A DNA stretch of 64,000 bases from Saprospiraceae bacterium (GTDB lineage Bacteria > Bacteroidota > Bacteroidia > Chitinophagales > Saprospiraceae): NCBI GenBank assembly GCA_016715405.1, contig JADKAE010000004.1, positions 119,693 to 183,692 of the forward strand, read 5' to 3'. Under the pieces are notes generated by a model that was not told the DNA's origin, searched no databases, and saw nothing but the letters and a program-made list of their open reading frames with translations. A program made the translations under genes and the position numbers. Position 1 is the first letter of the stretch. Each line of letters begins with the position of its first letter. This document shows positions 17,683 through 28,200 of this stretch, in pieces.

Positions 17683-18821
17683 ATGTCATTTTCACTACTC
17701 AAGCTGGCTTTACTGGCCGGCGCCGCTCAGGGCGCCATTCTGGGATTGCTGCTTTGGACCCGCCCGGTGAATCGCGAAGCCAACCGCATTTTTGCTTTCC
17801 TGCTTTTTCTGCTCACCATCCACCTCACGTTGGTCGCTTTTGACGAGCGCGATTTTTTATGCGTTTTCCACATCTCAGCCACCTCACCTGGCTGATCCCC
17901 GTACTGTATGGCCCGCTGACCTTGATCTACGTGCGCCGGCTTACCCATATTGCGCCTGCTTTTCAAAAAAAAGAACTGCTGTACCTTTTGCCTTTTTTGG
18001 TTTGGTTAATGGTGCAATTGCCCTATTTCCTCCAATCGGCAGCGGCCAAAAGGGCCTATCTGGGCAATTGGGAATTGTCGGTACAGGACGATTTCGGCTT
18101 GCTCAACCAACTGACCAATTTCGTACACTTGCTTTTTTTCGGGCTTTGCATACGCGTTTACCACAAACACGAACACCGCATTCCCGATTTCTATTCCGAT
18201 CTGACGAAAGTGCGCCTGCTGTGGTTGCAGCGTTTTTTGTATATCACCTTTGCCATTACCGCTATCGGCGTTTTTATTTTTTATGCAAAAAAACTGGACT
18301 GGCCCTATTTGTCGGGCTTATACCCATTCCATTTCCTGGGCGTAGTGGTACTCATCTACTGGACGGCCTACCAGGCCATAGCCCATCCCGTGCTTTTTTC
18401 GGCCGAAGTATATCCCTCGCCCGAAGAACAAGCGGAAGAGGCGCCGCCCTCGCGCCTCGACAACGCTACGCAGCAGGCCATGGCCGGGCAGTTGAAAAAA
18501 CTCATGGAAGAAGAGCATTTGTATTTAAATAGCGAGTTGACCTTAAAAGACCTCAGCGACCGGTTGCAATCCAACAAGCAATACGTGTCGGAAGTACTCA
18601 ATAGCTATATCGGCAAAACCTTCTACGATTTTGTCAACGACTACCGCATCGAAGCTTTCAAACGCCTGGCCGCCGATCCCTCCAACTCCAGCCTTACGCT
18701 ATTGGCACTGGCCCTGGAAGCCGGATTTAATTCAAAAGCCACCTTTAACGCCGTTTTCAAAAAGAAAACAGGCCTTACACCTTCCGCTTTTTATAAAGAA
18801 CAGCATATTAAAGAGGTCTGA
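17683..18821 (+). CDS. membrane-anchored AraC family transcriptional regulator (one indel)
   Basis: ORFs 17683-17895 and 17859-18821 join (..VAFDERDFFMRFPHLSHLTW..) if the T6 run at 17853-17858 is T7. The N-terminus has several TM helices. The C-terminal HTH_18 is LTLKDLSDRLQSNKQYVSEVLN...EAGFNSKATFNAVFKKKTGLTPSAF. Confidence 0.8.
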
Positions 18822-18885
18822 ATAGATCAATTCGGACGACTGGCAAAACCCCACGGTTCATCTTTGCTGAAAAATGATTCAAAAG

Positions 18886-19491
18886 ATGAAACGATTGCTA
18901 TTTGTTCCTTACCTGCGCCTCGCGCTTATGGCAGCCTTGCCGGCCGCCGTACTACCGGGGCTTCATGCGCAAGACGCGCCGCCACCTCTGCAATGGGATA
19001 TAGCCGCCGGAATGGGCTCCATCCACATGCCCGGGTTGGGCGCCGACTGGCAACACGCTCACACAGTAGTATACGCCGGAGTGGAGCAGCCCTTCAACCA
19101 GCGCCGCACCCTGAGCCTGGCCCTGCGATTTAGCTATGCCCGCGGCAAATACCAGGGCGACGCCGTGTCAACCCAACTGCTGTTTACTTTTTCTCCACTT
19201 ATCGCAAATGCCATCGAACCCGGCATAGGGCTTGGCGTGGGGTATCAGCGCGCGTTTTCCCCTTCAAAATCGATGCATTGGGATGGTGAAAGCTGGACCG
19301 CGGGAAAACAGTCCAAGGGATTATTCCACGTGCCCCTGCGCCTTAGTCTGGGCTACAAAGCAAAAGGCAAACAGTACGACTTTACGCCCTACGTGGCCTA
19401 TCAACTCCAGGCGCTGTTTGGCTACAGTCCCGACCTGAGCCTTTTGCCCCAATCTCATGCATTAATTGGTTTAAAAATTGCTTCACACTAA
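18886..19491 (+). CDS. hypothetical secreted / outer-membrane beta-barrel-like protein
   Basis: Signal peptide MKRLLFVPYLRLALMAALPAAVLPGLHAQ, alternating beta-strand pattern, and an aromatic residue near the C-terminus. Confidence 0.55.
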   Translation: MKRLLFVPYLRLALMAALPAAVLPGLHAQDAPPPLQWDIAAGMGSIHMPGLGADWQHAHTVVYAGVEQPFNQRRTLSLALRFSYARGKYQGDAVSTQLLFTFSPLIANAIEPGIGLGVGYQRAFSPSKSMHWDGESWTAGKQSKGLFHVPLRLSLGYKAKGKQYDFTPYVAYQLQALFGYSPDLSLLPQSHALIGLKIASH

Positions 19492-19503
19492 AAATCAGTG
19501 ACC

Positions 19504-20649
19504 ATGAATAAGTCCATTTTCTTTTTCCTGCTGGCAACCATTCTCTTTTTTGTCAGCGCTTGTCAAAAAGACGTTTACCAATGCGATCACCCTGCCGCCA
19601 CCGACGACGTAGTGATCAACCGCAACCACCCGATGAAAGACTCACTGGAAGCCATTATCGACAAATACGTCGACCTGGGCATACCTGGCGTGCAGGTGGC
19701 GGTTAAAAACGCCGACGGCTGGTATATCACCGGCGGAGGTTATGCCAAAATAGAAGACAAAAGCCCGCTGAGCAGCGGCATGAAGAGCTGGTATTTCAGT
19801 CTGACTAAAACCTACACCGCGGCTCTGGCCATGCAATTGTGGGAAGAAGGACAGTTGCAACTCGACGCGCCCATCGGCAATTACCTCGCCCCGGAGGTAG
19901 CCGGCGGCATTGCGGGCAGCAACACCATCACGGTGCGCATGTTGCTCAACCACAGCTCGGGTATCGTAAACTTCACCGAATTGCCGGCCTTCCAACTGGG
20001 GCAGTTAAACAACCCATTGGATCAACCCACGCTCGAAGAAAAACTGGAATTGGTATACGGGCAGCCGCTGCTGTTCACGCCGGGTAGCGATTTCAGTTAT
20101 TCCAATACCAATTATTTGCTATTGCATCTTATTATTGAAAAAGCGAGCGGCAAGACCTACGAGCAATTGCTGAAAGAAAAGATCATACAGCCGCTGGGAT
20201 TACAGCATACCCATTACAACCTGGCCAGTGCCGAGATGGCGTCAATGCCCTTTCCCAATTACTACTTCGACCGCTTTGCCAACGAGCAGTTGGAGAACAT
20301 TACCATGTGGAATATGGCACTGGGCAATACGAGTCTGGCCTACGGCGGCATAGCCGGCACCGCTGCCGACGCCATCCGCTGTTACGAAGCGCTCAACAAA
20401 GGCCAGGTAGTAGGCGCCGCCGCCCTGGCAGAGATGCGCACCTGGATACAAGGCCACGAATCCACACAACCCGATTACGGCCTGGGACTGGAATACTACC
20501 AATACGGCCTCAACGGCGATGCCGGGCAGTACGGCCACGAAGGCGACGGCATCGGTTGCACCACGCAGATGATGTATGTGCCTGCTAATGATACCTATTT
20601 GTATATCAATATCACCGCCGGCAGGCAGCTTTGGGCCTTATCTGTTTAA
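19504..20649 (+). CDS. serine hydrolase, class C beta-lactamase/PBP-like lipoprotein
   Basis: Lipobox FFVSAC, SxxK motif SLTKTYTA and YSN motif (FSYSNTNY). The 3' end may carry an indel; an alternative frame continues GPYLFKTTDFKIAL. Confidence 0.8.
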   Translation: MNKSIFFFLLATILFFVSACQKDVYQCDHPAATDDVVINRNHPMKDSLEAIIDKYVDLGIPGVQVAVKNADGWYITGGGYAKIEDKSPLSSGMKSWYFSLTKTYTAALAMQLWEEGQLQLDAPIGNYLAPEVAGGIAGSNTITVRMLLNHSSGIVNFTELPAFQLGQLNNPLDQPTLEEKLELVYGQPLLFTPGSDFSYSNTNYLLLHLIIEKASGKTYEQLLKEKIIQPLGLQHTHYNLASAEMASMPFPNYYFDRFANEQLENITMWNMALGNTSLAYGGIAGTAADAIRCYEALNKGQVVGAAALAEMRTWIQGHESTQPDYGLGLEYYQYGLNGDAGQYGHEGDGIGCTTQMMYVPANDTYLYINITAGRQLWALSV

Positions 20650-20773
20650 AACTACGGATTTTAAGATAGCCTTGTGCCGCTATACGGCCCGCTGGAGGCC
20701 TTAACCAGCTTTCGTTTCATAGTATGGGCGTCTTGCACACCGGCTGCGAGGCGCCCGCTGTTTTATGAAACGT

Positions 20774-20830
20774 GCAATAAATAATTTGTTTAAAATATTT
20801 TCAAAAATAAAACAAATTATTTATTATTGC
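20774..20830. repeat. AT-rich inverted repeat upstream of the Rpn-like gene
   Basis: gcaataaataatttgttt ... aaacaaattatttattattgc, an 18-21-bp arm pair with an ~18-nt spacer, ending 20 nt before ATG 20850. Confidence 0.6.
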
Positions 20831-20849
20831 AAAATAAAATCCATACCCA

Positions 20850-21943
20850 ATGCCCAAAGGAAAACAAACCCACCCCCGCCAGGGGGAGAGGCCGCACGAT
20901 GCCGTTTTTAAAGCGTTTTTCGGCGATGCAAAAATTGCAAAGAGTTACCTTATGAACTATACGCCGGCCGACATCCAGGAAAAGATCGATTTTTCATCGT
21001 TTCGAAGAAGCGATACGGCTTTTGTGAGCGGCAGGTTTGGCGTTTCATTTAGCGATGTAGTTTACGAAACGCAATTGCCGGGCGGAGGGCTTGCCCGCTT
21101 GCTGTACTTGTTTGAGCACAAGAGTTATATCCCTAAGCAACCCATACATCTGCAACTGCTCGATTATCTGTTGCAAATCTGGGAGGACGATCTTAAAAAT
21201 GACAGGCCGCTTTCTTTTGTAATTCCTATTGTCGTATACCACGGCAGGCAAAAGTGGCCACAGCGATCGCTTAGTGCATATTTGGGGAATTTCCCTACGG
21301 CATGGCAGGTTTTTATCCCTGATTTTAGCTATCTACTAACTGACTTAGGCCGGATACAACAGCAAACGATCATAAATGCCAGTGAAGATGAGCATCTCAG
21401 TAACCTATTTTTAGCCCTGAAATCGGCGCATGATGGCAAAATGGTCAGAAAAAATTGAAAAATATCCTTAATTTTGAAAACAGAGCGCAATCTATACAAA
21501 CTGATCGGGACAACATTCTGTTTCAGTCATTAGCACTTTATGTCATAAAAATCAGCCGTATGAAAATGTCGGAAATCAAGGAACTAAGCCAAGAATTACC
21601 TGAGCCGGAACGCAGTTGGTTGAGCGCCATTCCGGAGGAGTTATTAAAACCCTGGAAAAAGAAAGGATTGCGTAAAGGTCTTAAGAAAGGGCTAAAGAAA
21701 GGCTTGGAGAAGGGCCTAAAAAAAGGCCTGGAGCAGGGGCGTGCATTAGGCCTGGAACAAGGCCTGGAACAAGGCCTGGAACAAGGCCTGGAACAAGGCC
21801 GTGCTAAAGCACTAGCAGAGCTCGTTATCAAAGCCATTCAAAAATTTCCCGAATGGAGTGATGAAGAAGTTGCCGAATTTGTCGGCGCCACGGTTGAAGA
21901 TGTACAACAACAGCGGCAGCATTTGCGTGAAGAGTATAAGTAA
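20850..21943 (+). CDS. Rpn/YhgA-like PD-(D/E)XK recombination-promoting nuclease (transposase_31 family) with (K/Q)GL(E/K) repeat tract (one indel)
   Basis: N-terminal HDAVFKAFF..., SDVVYETQL..LLYLFEHKSY core. ORFs 20850-21458 and 21455-21943 join (..KMVRKKLKNILNF..) if the A6 run at 21449-21454 is A7. The C-terminus has tetrapeptide repeats followed by a DUF4351-like tail. Confidence 0.75.
21662..21808 (+). repeat. 12-nt periodic coding repeat (KGLx/QGLE)n
   Basis: Twelve consecutive 12-nt units, including four perfect copies of ggcctggaacaa at 21749-21796. Confidence 0.9.
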
Positions 21944-21961
21944 AATACCCCTCAATTCCGC

Positions 21962-22441
21962 CTAAACCCAGGCCTTTGCTGCGGCCGGGCATTCTGCTGT
22001 TGGCGGCGTTCCCTGACTTTTTTCGAGCATAAAGATCTTAAAGTCGCGGTCGGCTTTTTCGTAGACCACCAATTTTCGGGCGGGCACCACATCGCCGAAT
22101 TTGCGGATATAATCGCGTTTCAGCGAGAGGAGTTCCGACTCCATGTCCATGCGGGCGTTGATAAACTGGTCGGCTTCGGCGTCGTTCATATCCGCAATCG
22201 TCTTTTTGGGCTTAAAGCGCTTGCGGATATCGCTTTGCTTTTGCTCGTATTCGTTGTGGATCGCCCAGAATTTTTCCGACTCATTGGGTGTTAAACGAAG
22301 CCGTTCTGTAATAAAAGCCACCCTTTGGGCTCTGATCTTTCCGCCGAGGTTATCCATTTCTTCTTCAAACTCCTGGGCGCCGGCCCAGGTGGCGAGGGTA
22401 GCTATCAAAAACAGGGTTAGCATCAAGTTTCTCATGTTCAA
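21962..22441 (-). CDS. periplasmic protein of the ECF-sigma triad (Spy/LTXXQ-like helical protein)
   Basis: 159 aa with signal peptide MLTLFLIATLATWAGAQ and a charged helical body. The C-terminus is possibly shifted at T-run 22018-22023; the alternative is LEKVRERRQQQNARPQQRPGFRRN ending at 21952. Confidence 0.55.
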   Translation of the reverse strand: MNMRNLMLTLFLIATLATWAGAQEFEEEMDNLGGKIRAQRVAFITERLRLTPNESEKFWAIHNEYEQKQSDIRKRFKPKKTIADMNDAEADQFINARMDMESELLSLKRDYIRKFGDVVPARKLVVYEKADRDFKIFMLEKSQGTPPTAECPAAAKAWV

Positions 22442-22454
22442 GTTTTGTTTATAA

Positions 22455-22530
22455 GTTTATGGGTTTATGGGTTTATGAGTTTATGGGTATGGAATAAAAT
22501 AAACCAATAAACGTATAAACCCATAAACGC
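22455..22530. terminator. periodic-arm hairpin (GTTTATGGG type)
   Basis: gtttatgggtttatgggtttatgagtttatggg / ataaacgtataaacccataaac, immediately after the anti-sigma stop at 22532. Confidence 0.5.
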
Positions 22531-22531
22531 T

Positions 22532-23068
22532 TCAAAGCATTTCCTCGATATCCTCCAGGTCGAGTTCATCGATTAATTCTTCATAATATTGGTCGAGCGA
22601 ATCTTCGTCGCCGGCCGCATTTGCGGGGTCGGTTTCTGTAGTTTGTTCGCTTTCGCCGGCGGCCACTTCCATCAACATTGCCATATCGAAGTCGTCGATA
22701 TTGTCGGCTATGTATTGGGCGGCTTCGTCGGCGCTCACGCCGGCAAGCACCTGCTCGGTTTCTGCTGTGCTGGGGCGGAAAAGGAAGATAGCCACGGCGA
22801 CGGCGGCGGCAACGCCGGCGAAAGCCAGGGCATACCGCGGCTGCAGCAGTGATTCGAAAAATTCGCGAATCGGCGACCACCACGGCGCGGGCGCCGGGGC
22901 ATCTTGTTTTTGGGGTGCTTCTTGCTGAATGCGTTGCCACAACTCGTCGGGCAAAGCCTGGAAATAATTTTCGGGCGTGCTAAATCCGTCGCCCCGCTCT
23001 TTCAATTTAGAAAGTATGGGCGAAGACAAGCCTTCCAATTCTTTCCTGATTTCTTCTTTGTTTTTCAT
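22532..23068 (-). CDS. putative anti-sigma factor (single-pass membrane protein)
   Basis: Start MKNKEEIRKELEGL (ATG 23068), 10 nt after the repaired sigma stop. It has one TM helix (ALAFAGVAAAVAVAIFLF) and an acidic C-terminus. Confidence 0.6.
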   Translation of the reverse strand: MKNKEEIRKELEGLSSPILSKLKERGDGFSTPENYFQALPDELWQRIQQEAPQKQDAPAPAPWWSPIREFFESLLQPRYALAFAGVAAAVAVAIFLFRPSTAETEQVLAGVSADEAAQYIADNIDDFDMAMLMEVAAGESEQTTETDPANAAGDEDSLDQYYEELIDELDLEDIEEML

Positions 23069-23078
23069 CGCTAGTCTT

Positions 23079-23647
23079 TTATTCAATTTCCACCCCTTTA
23101 AGGTAAGCCTCGACTTTCTTCACCGCATGGTGGTAAGAAGCTTTGAGGGCTCCTCGGAGGTGCCGAGTACATCGGACATTTCTCTGTATCCCATTTCGTC
23201 GTAATAGCGCAGGTTGAACACGATACGTTGCTTTTCGGGCAATTTGTCGAGGGCTTCCTGCAATCTTATCTGCAATTCATCGCCGTCAAAATACGGGTCG
23301 GCTTCCAGTTGGCTCGACACGCGCGAGCCTTCTTCGTCGAGCGAAGCCGAAAACCGGCGCTTTTTTTGCTGCATAAACGAGATCGCTTCGTTGGTAGCAA
23401 TCCGGTACAGCCAGGTGAATAATTTCGATTTCCCTTCAAACTGCCCGATATTGCGATACACCTTGATAAGGCTGTTTTGCAATACGTCGTTGGCGTCTTC
23501 GTGGTCGGTCACCAAGCGGCGGATTTGCCAGTACAGCCGCTCCTGGTACGCTTGCATCAACAGCCGGAAACCCCGCTCTGCGGTGTGCTCCTGGCTCAAC
23601 AAGGCCAGTATCTGCTCATCTGCTATTGCCGGCGTAGGTGTCTGCAA
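23079..23647 (-). CDS. ECF-type RNA polymerase sigma-70 factor (one indel)
   Basis: Regions 2 and 4 are present (DVLQNSLIKVYRNIGQFEGKSKLFTWLYRIATN; QRIVFNLRYYDEMGYREMSDVLGTSEGALKASYHHAVKKVEAYL). The tail is recovered if CC at 23152-23153 is CCC. Confidence 0.85.
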
Positions 23648-23708
23648 CGTTGGGATTTTGATGGTAAGACTATTATTTACCCAAATAGTTTAATCGGGTG
23701 TTAAAATT

Positions 23709-24923
23709 TCAGGGCATTCCTTTTTCTACTGCCGTCCACACCCGGAACAGGTTTTTGTAACACATCTTTTCGATGTCTTTTTTGGAATAACCGCGTTTGA
23801 GCAATTCGTAGATCAGGTTGGGATATTGCGATACGTCTTTCAACCCCGTGGGCAGGGAATCGCCTACCCCGTCGAAGTCGGAGCCAAAGCCGATGTGGTC
23901 GGTGCCGACCAGCCGGGCTACCCGGTCGATATGGTTGGCTACCATTTCTACGTCGGAAAACAGCGTAGGGTGCGAGCGCTGAAACTCATCGATGACGGGT
24001 TTGGCGGCAGGGTCGTCTTCGTTCAGGCCTTTTTCGAATAAAATAGCCCGTAATTCCTCGCGCAGCTTTGCATCGCGGTGCAAAATGGTGCTATCCAGGA
24101 AGCTGGACCCGAAATTGATCATAATCACGCCGCCGTTTTGTCCCAGGCGTTTGATCATATCGTCGTTCATGTTGCGTTCAAAACCGGGGGTAAAGTGCCG
24201 CACCGACGAATGTGAGGCGATACAGGGTTTGGCGCTGAGGTCCATCACTTGGTAGAAGGTGCTATCCGAAACGTGCGAAATGTCGACCATGATACCCACG
24301 CGGTTCATCTCGTGCACCACCTCGCGACCAAAAGGGCTGAGTCCGTTCCAGGTGCGGGTGGTATCGTAAGAGGAATCGCAGATGAGGTTGTCGGTGGCGT
24401 GGGTGAGGGTGATATAACGTATACCGCGTCGGTGAAAATAGGACACATTGGCCAGGTCATTGCCGATGGGCGCGCCGTTTTCCATGCCCATTGGCAGCGA
24501 GATGAGCCCCTTGGCGGTGTTGCGTCGCACTTCGGCAGGAGAGACAGCCATAGCAAATTTGTCGGGGTGCGCCTTGGCGATGCTCGTCACCATATCGATC
24601 AGCGAATCGGCGAGTTCTTTGGATCCGCCTGTTTGCTGAAGCGACGGAGGGATGTAAATCGACATAAACGGCGCATCGAGTCCGCCTTTTTTGGCGCGCA
24701 CGTAGTCGAAATCACCCGAAGTAGTCTCTACGGGTATGCCGATGAATTCCTTGGCAAGCCTGAAATTCTGTACTTTCAGGCGATAGGGCAGGTCTACGTG
24801 CCCGTCGACGATGATGTATTTTTGCGCCAGCTCAGCGGCCTGCTTGCGCAGCGACGCGTCGGTTTGCGTATTCCCCGCCAACCACATCATGCATGATATT
24901 GTAAAAAGCAATAACCTGGTCAT
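23709..24923 (-). CDS. membrane dipeptidase, peptidase family M19
   Basis: 404 aa with a signal peptide. Motifs IVDGHVDLPYRL, ..ITLTHATDN.., DISHVSD and GSDFDG are typical of renal-type dipeptidases. Confidence 0.85.
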   Translation of the reverse strand: MTRLLLFTISCMMWLAGNTQTDASLRKQAAELAQKYIIVDGHVDLPYRLKVQNFRLAKEFIGIPVETTSGDFDYVRAKKGGLDAPFMSIYIPPSLQQTGGSKELADSLIDMVTSIAKAHPDKFAMAVSPAEVRRNTAKGLISLPMGMENGAPIGNDLANVSYFHRRGIRYITLTHATDNLICDSSYDTTRTWNGLSPFGREVVHEMNRVGIMVDISHVSDSTFYQVMDLSAKPCIASHSSVRHFTPGFERNMNDDMIKRLGQNGGVIMINFGSSFLDSTILHRDAKLREELRAILFEKGLNEDDPAAKPVIDEFQRSHPTLFSDVEMVANHIDRVARLVGTDHIGFGSDFDGVGDSLPTGLKDVSQYPNLIYELLKRGYSKKDIEKMCYKNLFRVWTAVEKGMP

Positions 24924-24935
24924 GTTTTTTTATGG

Positions 24936-24943
24936 CAAATTTA
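24936..24943 (-). promoter_or_regulatory. -7 promoter box (TAAATTTG on minus strand) for the dipeptidase gene
   Basis: Forward caaattta, 12 nt upstream of ATG 24923. Confidence 0.4.
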
Positions 24944-25077
24944 CAAATTACGAATGACGAATTACGAATGACGAATTACGATTACGAATAATGTGTTTAT
25001 AGTAAATATTAAATATGTTTAAATAATTCGTAATTCGTAATTGCTAATTCGTAATTTGTAATTACTAATTCGTAATT
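24938..25077. repeat. large periodic-arm hairpin (ATTACGAAT type)
   Basis: The left arm is aaattacaaattacgaatgacgaattacgaatgacgaattacgattacgaata and the right arm taattcgtaattcgtaattgctaattcgtaatttgtaattactaattcgtaatt. The arms are ~53 nt with a ~33-nt AT loop. Confidence 0.7.
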
Positions 25078-25222
25078 AAACCTTCATATCCCTGACTTTT
25101 TACAGTAAAATATAGCATCATAGCGACAATTTCGCCATGGCCTAAGAATGGATCGCAGGCAATTATTTACATTGTGCGTGCATGTTTGCCATTATTCATT
25201 CATTTATTTCTACACCTTTGTT

Positions 25223-28200
25223 ATGTACCCATTCTCATTATCTGGATTAGTACAAAAAATGCTGACTATCCTGTTATGGGGTGCTTTTGCAGTTGTCGGG
25301 TTTGCCCAGCAAACAGACGTGCAAATAGCCCAGTTGCGCCGTCCTCTGAGCGCCGTGCAACAGGTAGTTTTGCCTACACAAGACAACCAGTCCCTGCTGG
25401 AAGAAGAACTCAACCGCCGCGGGCCGGGTATCGCACCCCGTTTTGCCGTCACGATGGCCGTAGACATTTCGCCTGAATCGTTTGGCGACTGGGAACAACT
25501 ACCCAACGGCAATTCCGTTTGGCGCTTGCGACTGCGCTCTGCCGGTGCGCATTCGCTCAACCTGGGTTTTGTACAATACATCATGCCCGATCGCGGCACG
25601 ATGATTTTGTATTCGCCCGATGGCAAGCGCGTGATGGGGCCCTTTACGCCTTCCGACAACGAAACACACGAACAGCTCTGGACCCCCGTTTTTGAAGGCG
25701 ATGAACTCGTCATCGAAGTACAACTACCTACCGAAAAACGGCACGAACTGCAACTCCACCTCACCAGCGTCAACCACGATTTTGTCGGTTTTTCCGCCCT
25801 CGTTTCGGGATCGTGTAACCTCGACGTCATCTGTGGCGCCGCCGACGGCTGGGCTATCGTAGACCACTATCGCGACATCATCCAATCGGTGGCTGCCATT
25901 GGCCTGAATGGCAATACTTTTTGCACCGGCTTTTTGATCAACAACGCCCGCAACGACTGTACGCCATATTTTATGACGGACAACCACTGCGGTATCACCA
26001 ATAGCAATGCCGCCAGTTTTGTAGCGTACTGGAATTTCCAAAACAGCTTCTGCCGCCAGCCAAACTCGCCACAAAGCGGAGGCGCCGGCAATGGGCAATT
26101 GAATAACTTTAATTCCGGCGCCGTTTTTAGAGCTGCTTATGAGCCTTCTGATATGACCCTGATACAACTCGACGATGATATTCCCACATCTGCCAATGCC
26201 TTTTCGCCGGCTGGGTAGTAGCCAATGAACCGCCACAAGACACGGTTATCTGTATCCATCACCCCAGCGCCAACGAAAACGAAAAACGCATTTCTTTTGA
26301 ATTTGACGCCACCTACCGCGGCAACTGGGGCAGCGGCAGCACGCCGGTACCCAACGGCAATCACGTTATTGTGCCCGACTGGGACATCGGTACCACAGAA
26401 ACCGGCTCTTCGGGTTCTCCGCTGTTTGACCGCCATAAAAGAGTTGTTGGACAATTGCACGGCGGTTCGGCCTTATGCGGCAACGACCTCTACGACATAT
26501 TTCGGCTGGTTTACTACTTCCTGGTTGGGCGGCGGCGCCCCCAACAACCAGCTGAAAGTGTGGCTCGATCCCGATAATACCGGTATCACCAGCATCGATG
26601 GGCGCTACCAGTTCTCGTGTAGCTACTTTGTACTGGCCGACGTGCCTTCCCAGTCGGTCTGCGCACCTGATACGGTCGTATATACGCTCCAGATCAGCGA
26701 TAATTTCACTGATACGGTTGACTTGAGCATCATTGACCTGCCCGCAGGGCTGACGGCTACCCTCAGCGAAAACAGTGTACCCCCCGGTGGAAACGCCACC
26801 CTCACGATTACCGGTACGGAAAACCTGGCGCAAGGCGGCTATACTTTTTCGGTATCGGGCACCGATGCCACCAACCAGGCAGAAAGTACATTGTCGCTCC
26901 AGATCTACAACGGCATTGCACAGCCGGTGTTATCTGCGCCGGCCGATGGCGTCGTCGGCTTGGGCTTGACCCCGGTCTTCACCTGGTCGGGCGGCGCCGG
27001 TGGCACTACCTTTGACATCCAGATAGCTTCGGATCCGGATTTTACCCAAATCGTGGGTGAATTCTCCGGCTTGACAACGCCCACAGCGGCAGGTATTCAG
27101 CTTGGCACAGAATCAACCTACTATTGGCGCGTTCGCGCAAATAATTTGTGCGGCGCGTCGGATTGGACAACGCCGTTTTCGCTGACCACTGCGGCTATAA
27201 GTTGCACACAAGTCACCAATACCACGCCTGTGCCCATCTCGCCGGTGGGAACGCCTACGATTTTATCCATGACAGATATCAGTGCCGGTGGGCAAATCGT
27301 GGACGTACGCGTCAACGGGCTCAACATTCAGCATACCTGGGTAGGCGATGTGACCGTGCAGCTTACATCTCCTTCCGGCACGCAAATTACACTGGTCGAC
27401 CAGCCTGGCGTGCCTGGTGATGTATTTGGCTGCGACGGCGACAACATACTCCTCAATTTGTACGACGGGGCTCCCAATTCCGCCACTGATCTGGAGGAGG
27501 CATGCGGCAACCTTCCTGCGTTGGCGGGAGATTATGAGCCGGTAAACCCCTTTGCTGCCTTTGCCAACGAGCAGGCTACGGGCACCTGGACGCTCACCGT
27601 GAGCGATTCGGTCAACTCTGACGGCGGCACACTGATAAGCTGGCAATTGGAAGTGTGTACTACCCTGCCCAGCGATATCAGCCTCAACTTGCTGGAACCC
27701 GCACCCGCTATCTGTGCCGGCGATTCGACTTCGGTTGAGCTTCTGGCGGGCAATGGCTTCACCTCCGATACTATTGCAATCACAGCCAGTGGAATGCCCG
27801 CCGGCGCATCCTTGACTTACAATCCAAACCCGGCTACTACCGGAGAGAATATCACCGTTACTTTCAGCGGCTTTTCTGATCCGGGTAATTACCCCATTCA
27901 ACTGCTGGCTACCGATGGCATAGATTCGGCATATGTTGATGCAGATATAACCGTGATCGGCGCGCCCGGTGAGGCTACGCTGCTCTCGCCCGCCAACGGC
28001 GCTACGGATGTGCCTTCCGGCCTTGTATTGCAATGGGAGCCTGTAGACGAGGCATTGTACTATCAGGTTATTTTATCGTTGACGCCAAATTTTGAAGATA
28101 CATCGGCGCTTTATACCCGCGCGGTCACCAACTTGCCGATTACCGGCCTGTTGCCAAACTTGACCTACTACTGGCGTGTGGACGTATTCAATGCATGCGG

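Noticed and set aside
21662-21808. Regular 12-nt repeats, and the periodic hairpin arms elsewhere, as a possible CRISPR array
   Set aside because: The period is 7-12 nt with no unique spacers. The 21.7-kb tract is in frame inside a protein-coding gene, and there are no cas genes in the window.
20850-21943. Rpn/transposase_31 gene as an active IS element or the boundary of a genomic island
   Set aside because: No terminal inverted repeats flank the gene on both sides, there are no target-site duplications, and no integrase or tRNA is nearby. Rpn-family genes are usually stand-alone chromosomal genes.
26216-26221. Double stop TAG TAG as a real gene boundary, giving a separate 956-aa protein starting at 26225
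   Set aside because: The catalytic-Ser part of the protease is encoded across this point in another frame. The first ~90 residues of ORF 26225 are out-of-frame nonsense (MNRHKTRLSVSITPAPTKTKNAF...).
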